Shown here one piece after another: positions 10,501 through 16,733 of a stretch of 37,141 nucleotides of DNA. Under the pieces are notes generated by a model. That model was not told where the DNA came from. It ran no database searches and was given only the letters and a program-made list of their open reading frames with translations. How positions within the stretch are numbered: the stretch's first letter is position 1; every line of letters starts with the position of its first letter. Source of the DNA: a virus. The DNA lies in the IMG/VR virus record IMGVR_UViG_3300014561_000002, one strand, 5' to 3'. A program made the translations under genes and the position numbers.

Positions 10501-11675
10501 TGGTAGCCAAGGCTCGTGTCTTTATCCAGCGCCGTTTTCTGCACCGTCCCGGCAATGCGGCTGCGCATTTCGTCGATCTCGCTCTGGCTGTAGCCCATGC
10601 CGCGCAGATCCTCGTCGGTGTACTGGGGGTTATAGTCCATGTCCACCGCCGTGATCCGGTCTTTCAGTTCCTTGCCACGGGCATCGCCTTCCAGTTCCTT
10701 GTCCAGTGCCGCCTCGTTTTTCTGGGTAGCCCGGATGTCCTTCACGCCCTGGGTGGTCATCTCGCCCGCCATGGGCACCGCCGACGCCACCGTGGCCGTA
10801 ATGCCCTTTGTGGTGTCCGCCGTGCGGCGTGCCGCCCGCTCTGCCAGCGGCAGGGCATCATATTCCCGGATGTATGCCCGGGCCTCGTTGATCTCCTGGG
10901 CCGTGTACCCCATCTTCAAAAGGTCTCCGGGGCTGTACCGCTGCTTTGTACCGGTCACCTGCACGGCCTGCTCCGGGGCAACGCCCTTGTCCTCCTGAGT
11001 GGTGTACTCCTTCTGCCGCAGCAGGTCCACCACCTCCCGGTGCCGGGGGTCGGCATCCATCCACTGGTTCAGCTCGTCAAAGCGGTCTGTTGGCCGGTCC
11101 TTGGCAAGGGCATTCCCCGCCTTCTGCGCCGCCTTGGCGTAGCTGCCGTAGGTGCCCTGCGCAATGGCCCGCTGTTTCGGGGCGTTGTCGCTGCCAACAT
11201 AGTTCCAGTCCGGTTCGTAGTCCTCCTGCCGGTCCGTGGCCACCGGGCTGCCCGTGTTGCTGGCCATATCCGCCAGCACCTGCTTGCCCAGCGTGTCCGC
11301 GCTTACTGTTCCCAGCACCTGCCGGGTGCCGCCGGTCCAGGCCGGGGTGCTGGCCGTCGTCTGCAGGCGGCTGGTGCTGGCGGGGGCAGCCGTCATCTGG
11401 CTGCGGATCTGCGCCACCTGGGCCACGCTCAGGCCCGTGCCGGCGCTCTTGGCTGCCGGTGCCGCCGGGGTGGTCTTGGCCGTCTGGGTCGTCATCGTTT
11501 TCTTCTGGGCTGTCGTTCCGACGATGTTCGCCCGCTGGCTGTTCTTTGCCAGCGGGGCCGTCATGGTCTTCTTGGCCGTCTGAGTCGTCGTCTTCTTCTG
11601 GGCTGCGGTTTTTGCGGCGTCATTCGCTTTAATCTGCTCCCGCATCTGGCGCACCTGTTCTACACTCAGGCTCAT
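1593..11675 (-). CDS. Giant polyvalent virion protein (3,360 aa): TM/Gly-rich N-terminal region, zincin HExxH peptidase-like module, swapped effector-like modules, long coiled coil, large conserved C-terminal half
   Basis: Single uninterrupted ORF with AAAGGAGGAGCAAC before the ATG. HEDYH at aa 1055-1059. Hydrophobic Gly/Ala-rich stretches (MGVATSAAENLAVAGVSPYLVLPVLSAQGAAE, GVGLAKFGAGWAINSVGVA). Heptad-rich region (RLKAQRQEDMDAAKLWYKERMGELREENDYLADQVKQEQRRADRAE...). It is the last and largest gene of the virion module. Confidence 0.9.
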   Translation of the reverse strand: MSLSVEQVRQMREQIKANDAAKTAAQKKTTTQTAKKTMTAPLAKNSQRANIVGTTAQKKTMTTQTAKTTPAAPAAKSAGTGLSVAQVAQIRSQMTAAPASTSRLQTTASTPAWTGGTRQVLGTVSADTLGKQVLADMASNTGSPVATDRQEDYEPDWNYVGSDNAPKQRAIAQGTYGSYAKAAQKAGNALAKDRPTDRFDELNQWMDADPRHREVVDLLRQKEYTTQEDKGVAPEQAVQVTGTKQRYSPGDLLKMGYTAQEINEARAYIREYDALPLAERAARRTADTTKGITATVASAVPMAGEMTTQGVKDIRATQKNEAALDKELEGDARGKELKDRITAVDMDYNPQYTDEDLRGMGYSQSEIDEMRSRIAGTVQKTALDKDTSLGYQLYHYGQQRTEAARAGMSPAAKTAMGVATSAAENLAVAGVSPYLVLPVLSAQGAAESMGQDAEKGTSAGQAVGVGLAKFGAGWAINSVGVADMARSMGVDYARDTVAGKLADLVRSSKLVSGLGNSQLAANTISGGVDNAVQAFVETYADKIIDATLGGDQQAADELLQSDTFLQALQSGLTGGASGALGGAVGTGLGAMSRTLDARAGMETAAPVQADTESRAADAAAAQRALEERAMEPGEAARQQADQAAAVQQTDNADAAETTAQKDAAPAVRSENPAVQQLAAAMEADALTGKTINLFTPNAANEANRAAFAEEYGMELPATASETRKALRTLAQQQTAGQAVQQAAEVPDTNVGNNATQMENPAADPGQSTVEKAGETVESGQGYSVSMSNDTMTVRFADGTEAVRTVDPENPRTMLFNPEQLHQQAQAESRAAAQQEAQETTQQSREAPDGLRRTVGLRQQTLTEKQQAVQRELTDWKVSKGAAETISRMVPDSIADLERYTAAASSMYRMGQMDGVKTFDKALELAGGMNNLAPNTNYVLQQPGGEQALRAAFLQGQGEVEAGTVGRGALGGALTDQSTKGEGRVIWKGSDRAADDVAAQVIRLNAAGTGTDAILKSVLLGPDGSPSERVKAYVDTETGRIFFGDRNGDVFGTVLHEDYHWYNALDAEGAKAVQNTALEYLAKSEGFENVDELIRDKVKDYAAQGLTYEQAAEELVADSWRGIFDSAESVTRWAEFQRAQAEKNAGKAGTIHKVMTAVKEMLNGIISRAKEALTLDPENRAALKAQRLAEAEKRALQDAYFAHAEKAMDNLRAAKENAAALKSEGAAQGVRFQLHEGKDSLVEQMNGHLDELEEMKPVATIEGTEVSFGKTRNENISNVEEFFDSIGNKVIRENFGTVELTKSGARATVQHGNSKAKQVAVAAVPEVIQKGKQIGYEQNWQGRGYDTYVFAAPVEIDGTKLYEGVIVREYTRQNGMKNFYVHEVCWADGSYVTFDTEGNMTKKEDTPTQLPKAVRSTLADAQEVSSDTTIAQTAVESKENNAAVQKNVRYQLAEQDELAKLRTEQQQLTKQRSALKEERSAWLNSAEVQRIEAKKKALGVFSAEGKAYRDSAEYQDYLAKRKEYNSRLAALEERDSALTEQMKAANERLQQRKDAQAKDAQRAYDAKAKEYGGNAEYRRVLAKEQFGVTEEFRRAGYILPDGQMLDFAQNDRSRDTDHREILEVFGPAEVKNGTEALNEFLLDGNVRVMAEAPGVDISADTAPTAQQLEQIRKMAEQLGGERRQFTLDISTADGRVAASKEYSGRVDADKVVREIREYYKTGELAQESSLAKFRFQLAEQASREAKKNDQRQASRDIANTAAALDTLSQFFGVTRGVKVSQDSLDGLAARWTKANASRADRAKLANETRVLVDYLKADGADMTKAQALAETLAGEVLDGATYRNSELWDEYPELHRLEYTVNKTGKAKAELVKRYGNWSAAVAEARSHGVALRQADGVRDGNPAEQYESIVNDTRAVGGIQDGARALWKAAAQQAGVEGVMSMESTEWLDVLMNLHDSIKPEMRSRFADEAEYEDARVELAGRMIEDIMNVPEMTDAQAIFEGMQKQALQMAKAAAGDEARAAEVEKGMQGVQKVQRQEFARRLAANQRTETRSAVKIDGKTFTNLGDVNEYITYQREEFRRKLKQQEQRLKAQRQEDMDAAKLWYKERMGELREENDYLADQVKQEQRRADRAERSLMIQDREIQDWELMNQQKAAEWYQKQTERNAIALEVARQQRDEDIAIAKKVAENRVQRARDARKADELKRSIRANAAQLNQMVLRPQQGKYVQKGLIVEAAEVAKLANLVTLNSKAVNQLTRLQDSITASMGSEGAPNAMTEDWKQSKVPELIQTLREDLTAAKNARLDKLHEQLAQAEALPDSEKARALQDRLKARIRDTENRTYLPMTVDQLRLLKAITSSTLHVIRTENKTLSLAKAEEVSAIADAAAYEVKTSKGNRPGGRFDGLRNTLTKYQLDMLGGERVFRMLGGYAKNGQMEKLARMLNDGQRRQSEIIIKGEKLFADVTGKTHLKEMDAFAGPGAETVDIGLTDTKGNSVPLNHAMLCSLYMHLQNADSRQHLLNGGLTVPNMEQYTKGNIERAYQEGQTVHLGGLQNADGTPMVDTVLQTVENALTDYDRAWIADMQELFNQYTTNLINETSMQLLGYNRAGVKNYYPIAVDKSALATQIEGLNLDATIEGRGFLKNRVKKAVQPILLEECSNVVQRSIRDTAAYAGLALPIRDVQKVLNSNVETKDGVYNLKNGIIKEQWGRSAVEYINDLLTDLQTTQRKRDNGVSRMAARLRGNYAGAILTLNPGVAIAQAASLPTAAAVLGSDTMASVVPFVKNFPPKQRAALETEISEHGDVLLEWRKRGSQRGELASIGKGLTPAEKAMDKLPKVLTGWINGADEVTVAALWEGSKAYVKNHPGEFAEGAAKEGSEDYWQAVNRMYQKVIEQTQPNYTVMQRAGIQRNPDEFVKTFTMFTTQRFQNYGILADAVMDYNAQKARFEEGETEETKAELQRAGKQLQRAAGSQVAQTAVFALMKIGADFLLHRWDREQDENGDVTLKSLLSRFTGLFTESAAGNFLFGSEVYSLVDNALNGKDYDVVSATNISAVNDLAGDVTKFVSELRKDTADMDETKLATHHGKVEKYALTLMEDGLEIAGVPFGNGRKILEAFKGYVQDAVNMFHGGKFTFSSLPASATGQYDRLYDAYASGDAGEAQAAMEKLQEMGKEEEAYKQLKTRLAKYDDRVQQAAQAQVNGNDSQRQQLTRQVIRDLYEALGIREGAKADADKREAVIDCVTGAVNKRANEVLKGDNDSVTDDLVAAVDSGRAQDVQEELDRLLRAGKSVTNLKSKITEVCKPEYLAGSDYDRQKLEEMLLALTDGDGNALYEQKTFATWLKNAEKAQTTTVNDPYADLR
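7335..7970 (-). other. AT-rich domain cassette inside giant ORF (aa 1236-1447), possible PBECR/MuF-C-like nuclease-fold module
   Basis: Visibly lower GC than the flanking ORF sequence. It is bounded exactly by the junction motifs RFQLHE (7971..7988) and RYQLAE (7317..7334). Peptide: ...GTVELTKSGARATVQHGNSKAKQVAVAAVPEVIQKGKQIGYEQNWQGRGYDTYVFAAPVEIDG.... The fold assignment comes from memory of polyvalent-protein domains only. Confidence 0.4.
8499..8513 (-). other. HEDYH (HExxH zincin) motif inside giant ORF
   Basis: Codons CAC GAG GAC TAC CAC read directly from the sequence, in the context FGTVLHEDYHWYNALDAEG. It resembles the metallopeptidase modules described in phage and conjugative-element polyvalent proteins. 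The family assignment is inferred. Confidence 0.55.
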
Positions 11676-11687
11676 GTTGCTCCTCCT

Positions 11688-13265
11688 TTACCATCCCATA
11701 GTCTGCGACACCTGACTGATGGTGCTGTCGCTGTAATTTTTCCGGATCAGATACTCGGTGATCTGGGCCATGTCATAGCCATTGTTTGCCATCTGCTGTG
11801 CTTCTCGCAGCGCCGTATTGTAATTGCCGCCTTTCGGGCTGGCCATGTTCACCGACGCCCCCGCCACGCCGTCCACCGTGCCGCTGGTGCTCCACGGCGT
11901 TTTGGTGGTCGCTGCCGGCAGCTTGCTGGTCGTGGTTCCCGCCTTTCCCGCTCCGGTTCCTCCCGCCGCGCTCTGGGTACTGGCCTTGGTGCCGGTGTCT
12001 GCCTTGATCCATCCCGCATTGGTCAGGGTCCGCTTGTAAAAGTCGTACAGGGGCTCGGTGCCCTTCATGCTGGAAAATTTGTTTGCCATCTGCTGCAGCT
12101 GGCTGGTCGTATAGCCGCCGCTCTTGCTGGTGGTACCGCTCCCACCGCTTCTCGTGCCGCCGGTGCCCGTGGTCTTGTACCGCTGCTGCATTCCCAGCAG
12201 CGCCTGCTGGTAAGCCAGGTTCGAGCTGTTCTGCCGCCCCGCAACGGTGCTGAAGTCATCCACCGCATTTGTGTCCAGTCCGGCCAGGCGCAGGATCGTA
12301 TTCTTTGCGGAGTCGTTTCCATTGGCCGATGCATTCATGGCATTCAGCGCCGCATCCATCTGATCTTTTTCCACATCCGTCATGCCCTGCCAGGTGTCCA
12401 GGATCGTTTCGTCCAGGCCATACTGCCGCAGCGCCTCCCGGGCCGCATCCATGCTCCCGGCCTTTGCAAAGCTCAGCGCCTGTGTCAGGCCGCTCACCTT
12501 GTTCTGCCGGGTCGTATAGCTTTCTGTCCACTTGTCTACCTGCGTGCTGTCCAGTCCGTACATATCCATGATCTGCCGGGCCTGCTCCGGGTTTCCACTA
12601 TTGAACGCATCCTGTGCCATCTGGTAGCCCTGTGCCTGGATCTGCAGTTTCTGCTGCCCGTACTTCTCGTAGTTCTGGTAGCCGTTCCACACTGCGCTTC
12701 CCACGCCCTTGATGCCCGTCCACACATTGTTCCAGAAGTCGCTGTTCTCCTGCCGTGCCGTGTCCACCCGGCCGCTCAGGTAGTCCCGCCAGTTCTGGGC
12801 ATTGCTCACGCTGCCGTCATACTCGCTGCGTTCCAGGCTCTGCTGGCCCAGCAGGTCGTCCAGCACGCTGGCGGTGTCGCTCATCTTCTGCTTCCAGTTC
12901 TGCAAAGCGTCCGCTCGCAGGCTGCTCAGGCTGTTGTCCACGCCTGCGATCTGCTCCCCTGCCGCCTGGTTCGCCGCCGTCTTGGCCCAATCCGCACCGT
13001 ACCCGCCCGCCAGGGTATTGGCCGTGCCGGCAGCGGCTGCCGCGCCGTTCTGGGCGTTGGCCACGCTGTTGGCCCGGTACTGCTGGTAGGCGGCATTCAG
13101 GGCGTCCGTGTCCACGCCGGTGCTGCCGGTCAGGCTGGCATCCGCCAGCTGCCCCAGCTTCTGGTTGATGCTGTCCGTGTAGTTGTTCTGGTAGGCCCCC
13201 GGCATAGCCTGTTCGGCCTGGGCCAGCTTCTTCTTTGCTGTGTTCAGTCTCGCAATGGTTCCCAT
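11688..13265 (-). CDS. Virion protein of unknown function (525 aa), paralogous N-terminus to the 194-aa protein
   Basis: ORF inside the virion module. Its stop lies 10 nt before the giant-gene ATG. It shares the pattern ...Y..Y...I...LGQL...D.AYQQY....A.Q...AA..GGY... with 13278..13862. The motif GLDxxxxDxW recurs three times. Confidence 0.7.
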   Translation of the reverse strand: MGTIARLNTAKKKLAQAEQAMPGAYQNNYTDSINQKLGQLADASLTGSTGVDTDALNAAYQQYRANSVANAQNGAAAAAGTANTLAGGYGADWAKTAANQAAGEQIAGVDNSLSSLRADALQNWKQKMSDTASVLDDLLGQQSLERSEYDGSVSNAQNWRDYLSGRVDTARQENSDFWNNVWTGIKGVGSAVWNGYQNYEKYGQQKLQIQAQGYQMAQDAFNSGNPEQARQIMDMYGLDSTQVDKWTESYTTRQNKVSGLTQALSFAKAGSMDAAREALRQYGLDETILDTWQGMTDVEKDQMDAALNAMNASANGNDSAKNTILRLAGLDTNAVDDFSTVAGRQNSSNLAYQQALLGMQQRYKTTGTGGTRSGGSGTTSKSGGYTTSQLQQMANKFSSMKGTEPLYDFYKRTLTNAGWIKADTGTKASTQSAAGGTGAGKAGTTTSKLPAATTKTPWSTSGTVDGVAGASVNMASPKGGNYNTALREAQQMANNGYDMAQITEYLIRKNYSDSTISQVSQTMGW

Positions 13266-13277
13266 GGTGTCCCCTCC

Positions 13278-13862
13278 TTACACAAAAAGCCACGGCAGGA
13301 TCTGCGCCGCCAGCTGCACCGCGCTCAGAATGCCGTTCAGCCACCGGCTGGTGCGCTGGCTGCTCTCGCTGCTGGCCTTGTCGTACTCGTTCTGGCGGTA
13401 CTGCAGCCCGTCCATCCAGTTGGCCATGTCCTTCTGGTAGTTCTGGTAGTCCTGCTGTTCGGCGTTCTGCAGTCCGCTCAGCCGGCTCTCCAGCCCGGTG
13501 CGCTTGGCCGTGTACTCGCTGCGGCTCTGATCCTGCAGGCTGTTCAGCACGTTGTCCAGGTTGTTCATGGTGGTCGTGTAGGCGTTCTGGCCCGCCTGGG
13601 TGCCGTAGCTGGAGCTGTAACCTCCGGTCTGGGCCGCCGCGTTGGCCTGGGCGTTCTGGTTCGCCAGCTTGGCCGAGCGGGTGTACTGGCTCTTGTACTG
13701 CTGGTAGGCCGTATCTGCGTCCGGGTCGTAGTCAAACTCCTTCATGCCGTCCAACTGGCCCATCACGTCCTTGATCTTCGGCTGGTACTGGCTCACATAG
13801 TCTGCCGGGCGGGTCTTTTCGTAGTTCTCCAGTTCCGTCCGGGCATTGCTCAGTCTGCTCAT
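13278..13862 (-). CDS. Virion protein of unknown function (194 aa) with C-terminal hydrophobic anchor
   Basis: ORF whose start overlaps the upstream stop (ATGA). It ends in the hydrophobic segment GILSAVQLAAQILPWLFV. It is a paralogue of the 525-aa protein. Confidence 0.7.
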   Translation of the reverse strand: MSRLSNARTELENYEKTRPADYVSQYQPKIKDVMGQLDGMKEFDYDPDADTAYQQYKSQYTRSAKLANQNAQANAAAQTGGYSSSYGTQAGQNAYTTTMNNLDNVLNSLQDQSRSEYTAKRTGLESRLSGLQNAEQQDYQNYQKDMANWMDGLQYRQNEYDKASSESSQRTSRWLNGILSAVQLAAQILPWLFV

Positions 13863-14053
13863 TCCGTCTCCCCCTTACTGCTCAAAAAATTCTCGCTCAT
13901 GTTCTCGCTGTCCAGGTTGGTCAGCACGTAGCCCAGCTGTTCCTGCAGCTGGTACAGGTAGTTGCGCAGCGCCCGGGCGTCCTCCGGGTCCATGCTGCTG
14001 CCAAAGCTGGGCAGGCTGATGCCGTTCAGCCCCGCTAAACTCGCCATGTTCAT
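13859..14053 (-). CDS. Small virion-module protein (64 aa)
   Basis: ORF packed between the 629-aa and 194-aa genes and coupled to both neighbours. No recognisable motif. Confidence 0.55.
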   Translation of the reverse strand: MNMASLAGLNGISLPSFGSSMDPEDARALRNYLYQLQEQLGYVLTNLDSENMSENFLSSKGETE

Positions 14054-14056
14054 CCC

Positions 14057-15946
14057 TCACTTTCTCGGCCCAGCCCCGGTCACCCGGCCGCCGGTGGTGC
14101 CTGCCAGCGTAAAGGCCATGCTCCGCAAAGCGATCTGCCCCGTGCCGCTCAGCTTCAGCCGCATGGTGTCGTGCCGGCGCGGCTCAAAGGGCAGGTTCAG
14201 CCGGGCATGGTCTCCCGTGGCGGCCGCCGTGCGCAGGGTCTCCCAGGGTCCGCCGTCGTAGCTCGCCGCCAGCGTCACCACACTGTGGGTCTGGGCGTCC
14301 AGCCGCAGGGTGATCCGGCTGATGTATTTGTCATCCGTCTCGGTCAGTCCAATGTCCCCGCTCACCGCCTCAAACTGCAGTGCCGCCTCGGCTTCCCCTT
14401 CTGTTTCCCGGTCGGGGTCTGCCGCCCACAGGGCCCGGCCATCCCACAGGTACAGCTGCTGGCCGGTGCTGGCCATCTCGTAGCCCACGGCGCTCTCTTC
14501 GTGCCACAGGCCCCGCTCCGTGTCGTACACCAGCAGCCGCCCGGCGCTGTCCCCCTGCCGGCGCAGGTACAGGTAATACCGCGCGTCCAGGCTTCCAGCA
14601 GCGCACCACGCGGCCCCCGTCAGCTTCCCGGTGTCCAGCGCGCCGGACACCTTGCTGGGCAGGCTGCCGTCCCAGGCCATCACCCCGCCGGGCGAGAGAT
14701 AGTACAGTGTCTCGTTCAGCACGCACAGGCTGTGGGCGGCGTTGGCTGCCACGCCCCGGCACCGCACGCTGGAGAGCTGGTAGTCGCTGGGTTTGGAGCC
14801 GTACAGCTTGTGGATGCAGTTCTCTTTGAAAAACAGCACATACCCCATGCAGCTGGCCGCCCCGGTAAAGGCCCCGTCGCTGCCCACGCTCACGGCATAG
14901 CTGTCCGAGGCAATGCCCCGGTAACTGTACCAGTTGGTAGGGTCACCCAGGCGGCAGGCGTAAATGGTGTTTTCCTTCTTGCTGCAGCCCCACACCCGGT
15001 TGCCCTGCTCGGTCACAAAGTCCAGCTCCGGCACCCGCCGCTCCAGCGTGATGCTCACGGCCAGGCCCTCATTCTCGGTGCGTGCCCCGTCCAGGCTGCG
15101 CCAGCTGGTGCCCGTGGCCGTCACCGTCCAGCTGCCATAGTACCGGCTGCTGTCCTGGGCCGGGGTCAGGCTGGCCACAAGGTCGTCTCCTTCCAGCGCC
15201 TGCACCACGATCTCTCCGTTCAGGTCTGCCGCCAGCGCGTCACACACCGCCTGCGGCATGCCGGTCAGGGTCACCGTGTCGCCCTCCTTCAGCAGGCTCC
15301 CGATCCCCGGGCAGGTCATGCGCACCGTGTTCACCAGCACCTGCACCCACTTGCCGCTCTTGGCGCTCCACTTTTCCAGCACGCTCTCATAGTCGTACAG
15401 GTTCCCGGCTTCGCCCTTCAAAAACAGCTGCCCGTCCTCCGGGCTCTCCGGCTCCGTGTCGCCTGCACCGGCCACCTCGTACATCTTGCCCTCCGTGTCG
15501 CAGGGGCACACGGTCATCTTCCGGTCGCCCAGCTCCCACTTCGCCCCCAGCGGCTCCAGCTGGCCGGTCTCGGTGTCAAAGGCCAGCCTGTCCGGCCAGA
15601 TCAGCACCTTGCTGCCCATGCCGGCCAGCGCCTTGCGGTCGTCCGTCAGCACATTCTCCAGCGTCACCGCCGCCGTGCGGCCGGTCTGCCCGTCCGGGGC
15701 ATATTCCAGCCCCGTGCCCCGGCAGATCAGCAGCCCGTTCAGGTGGTACATGCCGCTTACTTTTTCCACATCCCGCACCTTCTTGCGCAGGGCCCGGGTC
15801 TGCAGCGCCGGAAATCCCCGGCCGGAGAAATTCAGCGCCGCCGAGAGCTCCGCCTCGCTGCAGCTGTACGTCTCGTTGATGCCCCCAAAGGCCCGCAGCA
15901 GCTGGCGGCTGCCGGTCAGCTGGTTCAGGTTCGTCCCGTCGATCAT
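14057..15946 (-). CDS. Large structural protein (629 aa), putative tail/nozzle or adaptor-associated protein
   Basis: GGAGG lies 9 nt before the ATG. The sequence is beta-rich with recurring G/W/Y patterns. The function is assigned from its position after the capsid and adaptor-like genes. Confidence 0.6.
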   Translation of the reverse strand: MIDGTNLNQLTGSRQLLRAFGGINETYSCSEAELSAALNFSGRGFPALQTRALRKKVRDVEKVSGMYHLNGLLICRGTGLEYAPDGQTGRTAAVTLENVLTDDRKALAGMGSKVLIWPDRLAFDTETGQLEPLGAKWELGDRKMTVCPCDTEGKMYEVAGAGDTEPESPEDGQLFLKGEAGNLYDYESVLEKWSAKSGKWVQVLVNTVRMTCPGIGSLLKEGDTVTLTGMPQAVCDALAADLNGEIVVQALEGDDLVASLTPAQDSSRYYGSWTVTATGTSWRSLDGARTENEGLAVSITLERRVPELDFVTEQGNRVWGCSKKENTIYACRLGDPTNWYSYRGIASDSYAVSVGSDGAFTGAASCMGYVLFFKENCIHKLYGSKPSDYQLSSVRCRGVAANAAHSLCVLNETLYYLSPGGVMAWDGSLPSKVSGALDTGKLTGAAWCAAGSLDARYYLYLRRQGDSAGRLLVYDTERGLWHEESAVGYEMASTGQQLYLWDGRALWAADPDRETEGEAEAALQFEAVSGDIGLTETDDKYISRITLRLDAQTHSVVTLAASYDGGPWETLRTAAATGDHARLNLPFEPRRHDTMRLKLSGTGQIALRSMAFTLAGTTGGRVTGAGPRK

Positions 15947-15949
15947 CTC

Positions 15950-16330
15950 TCAGTACCTCCACTGCACCCCGCCCGCCGGGGGGTATTTCTGCCGCATCCA
16001 GGCTGCAAACTCCTGGCAGTAGTCACTGTACATCTGCAGCTCGTTCACCGCCCGGGCCGTCTCGCCCAGGGCCAGGTCCATCTGGGCGCACAGCCAGTGC
16101 TGGTACAGTGCGCTGAAGGCATCCGGTGCCAGCAGCTGGGTGTCATACTCCAGCCCGTCCCCGGCCATGTCGGCGCCCACAGCGTCAAAATCGCCGCAGG
16201 CCGAGCGGTTCACCACCGTCTGCCGCAGCCGCGCGTCGCACTGGCGCATCCACATCTGCTTCATCTCGTCCCCAAAGTCGTTGTTCGGCCGCATCTGGTC
16301 GCAAAGTTCTATCGCCTTTCCGGCTGTCAT
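15950..16330 (-). CDS. Putative head-tail adaptor/connector protein (126 aa)
   Basis: AAGGAGG lies 7 nt before the ATG. The size and the position just downstream of the capsid gene fit an adaptor. The pattern LYQHWLCAQMDLALGE...ELQMYSDYCQEFAAWM resembles gp6-like connector proteins, recalled from memory only. Confidence 0.4.
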   Translation of the reverse strand: MTAGKAIELCDQMRPNNDFGDEMKQMWMRQCDARLRQTVVNRSACGDFDAVGADMAGDGLEYDTQLLAPDAFSALYQHWLCAQMDLALGETARAVNELQMYSDYCQEFAAWMRQKYPPAGGVQWRY

Positions 16331-16345
16331 CGTTCCGCCTCCTTA

Positions 16346-16388
16346 GCAAAAACACCCGGCACAGCAAGTGCCTGCCGTACCGGGTGTT
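16346..16388 (-). terminator. Rho-independent terminator/attenuator after the capsid gene pair
   Basis: On the minus strand AACACCCGG...CCGGGTGTT forms a compound GC-rich hairpin followed by TTTTT. It lies between 16404 and the next gene's RBS. Confidence 0.6.
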
Positions 16389-16403
16389 CTCTTCACGTTG
16401 TTC

Positions 16404-16712
16404 TTACAGCTTCTGCAGTGCCGGCACGTTCTGCGCCGCCGCCTGGGCCGCCTCGATCTTCGCATTGGCCGCGTTGTCCATCTCCTCGCTGTGGCGCAGC
16501 ACCTCGGCCACCGCCGCAGGCACCTCCACGTCCACACCGCGCTGGATCAGGTACGCCTCGCCGTTCACGCTCACAAAACGGGCGCTGGAGTAGCGGCCGT
16601 TGTCCTTGAATAGGTGGATCACCTCGGTGGCGGGCTTCTCCGCCTGCACGTCCTTGGTGTCCTGGGTGGCTGCTTCTGCAGCCTGCTGGGCGGTTTCTTT
16701 CTTCACTGCCAT
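16404..16712 (-). CDS. Small capsid-associated protein (102 aa)
   Basis: ORF directly downstream of the major capsid gene with a GGAGG upstream. Function unknown; a decoration-like role is suggested by position only. Confidence 0.55.
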   Translation of the reverse strand: MAVKKETAQQAAEAATQDTKDVQAEKPATEVIHLFKDNGRYSSARFVSVNGEAYLIQRGVDVEVPAAVAEVLRHSEEMDNAANAKIEAAQAAAQNVPALQKL

Positions 16713-16733
16713 TTTGTGTTCATCCTCCGTTCC

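Noticed and set aside
1593-11675. Giant ORF considered as an N4-like or crAss-like virion RNA polymerase (similar size; N4-type capsid protein nearby)
   Set aside because: I could not find T7-like RNAP motifs or DPBB-type DxDGD catalytic motifs by eye. The only similar strings (NADGT, TDGDGN) are in non-matching contexts. The recognisable content (HExxH, nuclease-like cassette, coiled coil, TM-like segments) fits a polyvalent or ejection protein better. A profile search is still needed to exclude the RNA polymerase possibility formally.
5811-13931. 2,706-aa plus-strand ORF, with similar long plus-strand ORFs at 148..1359, 1176..4463, 14171..16609, 16614..17825, 17683..19071, 19244..21421, 20889..23090 and 22621..24051
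   Set aside because: These are antisense shadows of GC-rich minus-strand genes. Their translations are low-complexity and rich in R/A/G/P/H/L/V. They have no RBS, and each overlaps a minus-strand gene with clear phage homology and coupled starts. Long open antisense frames are expected at this GC content and codon bias.
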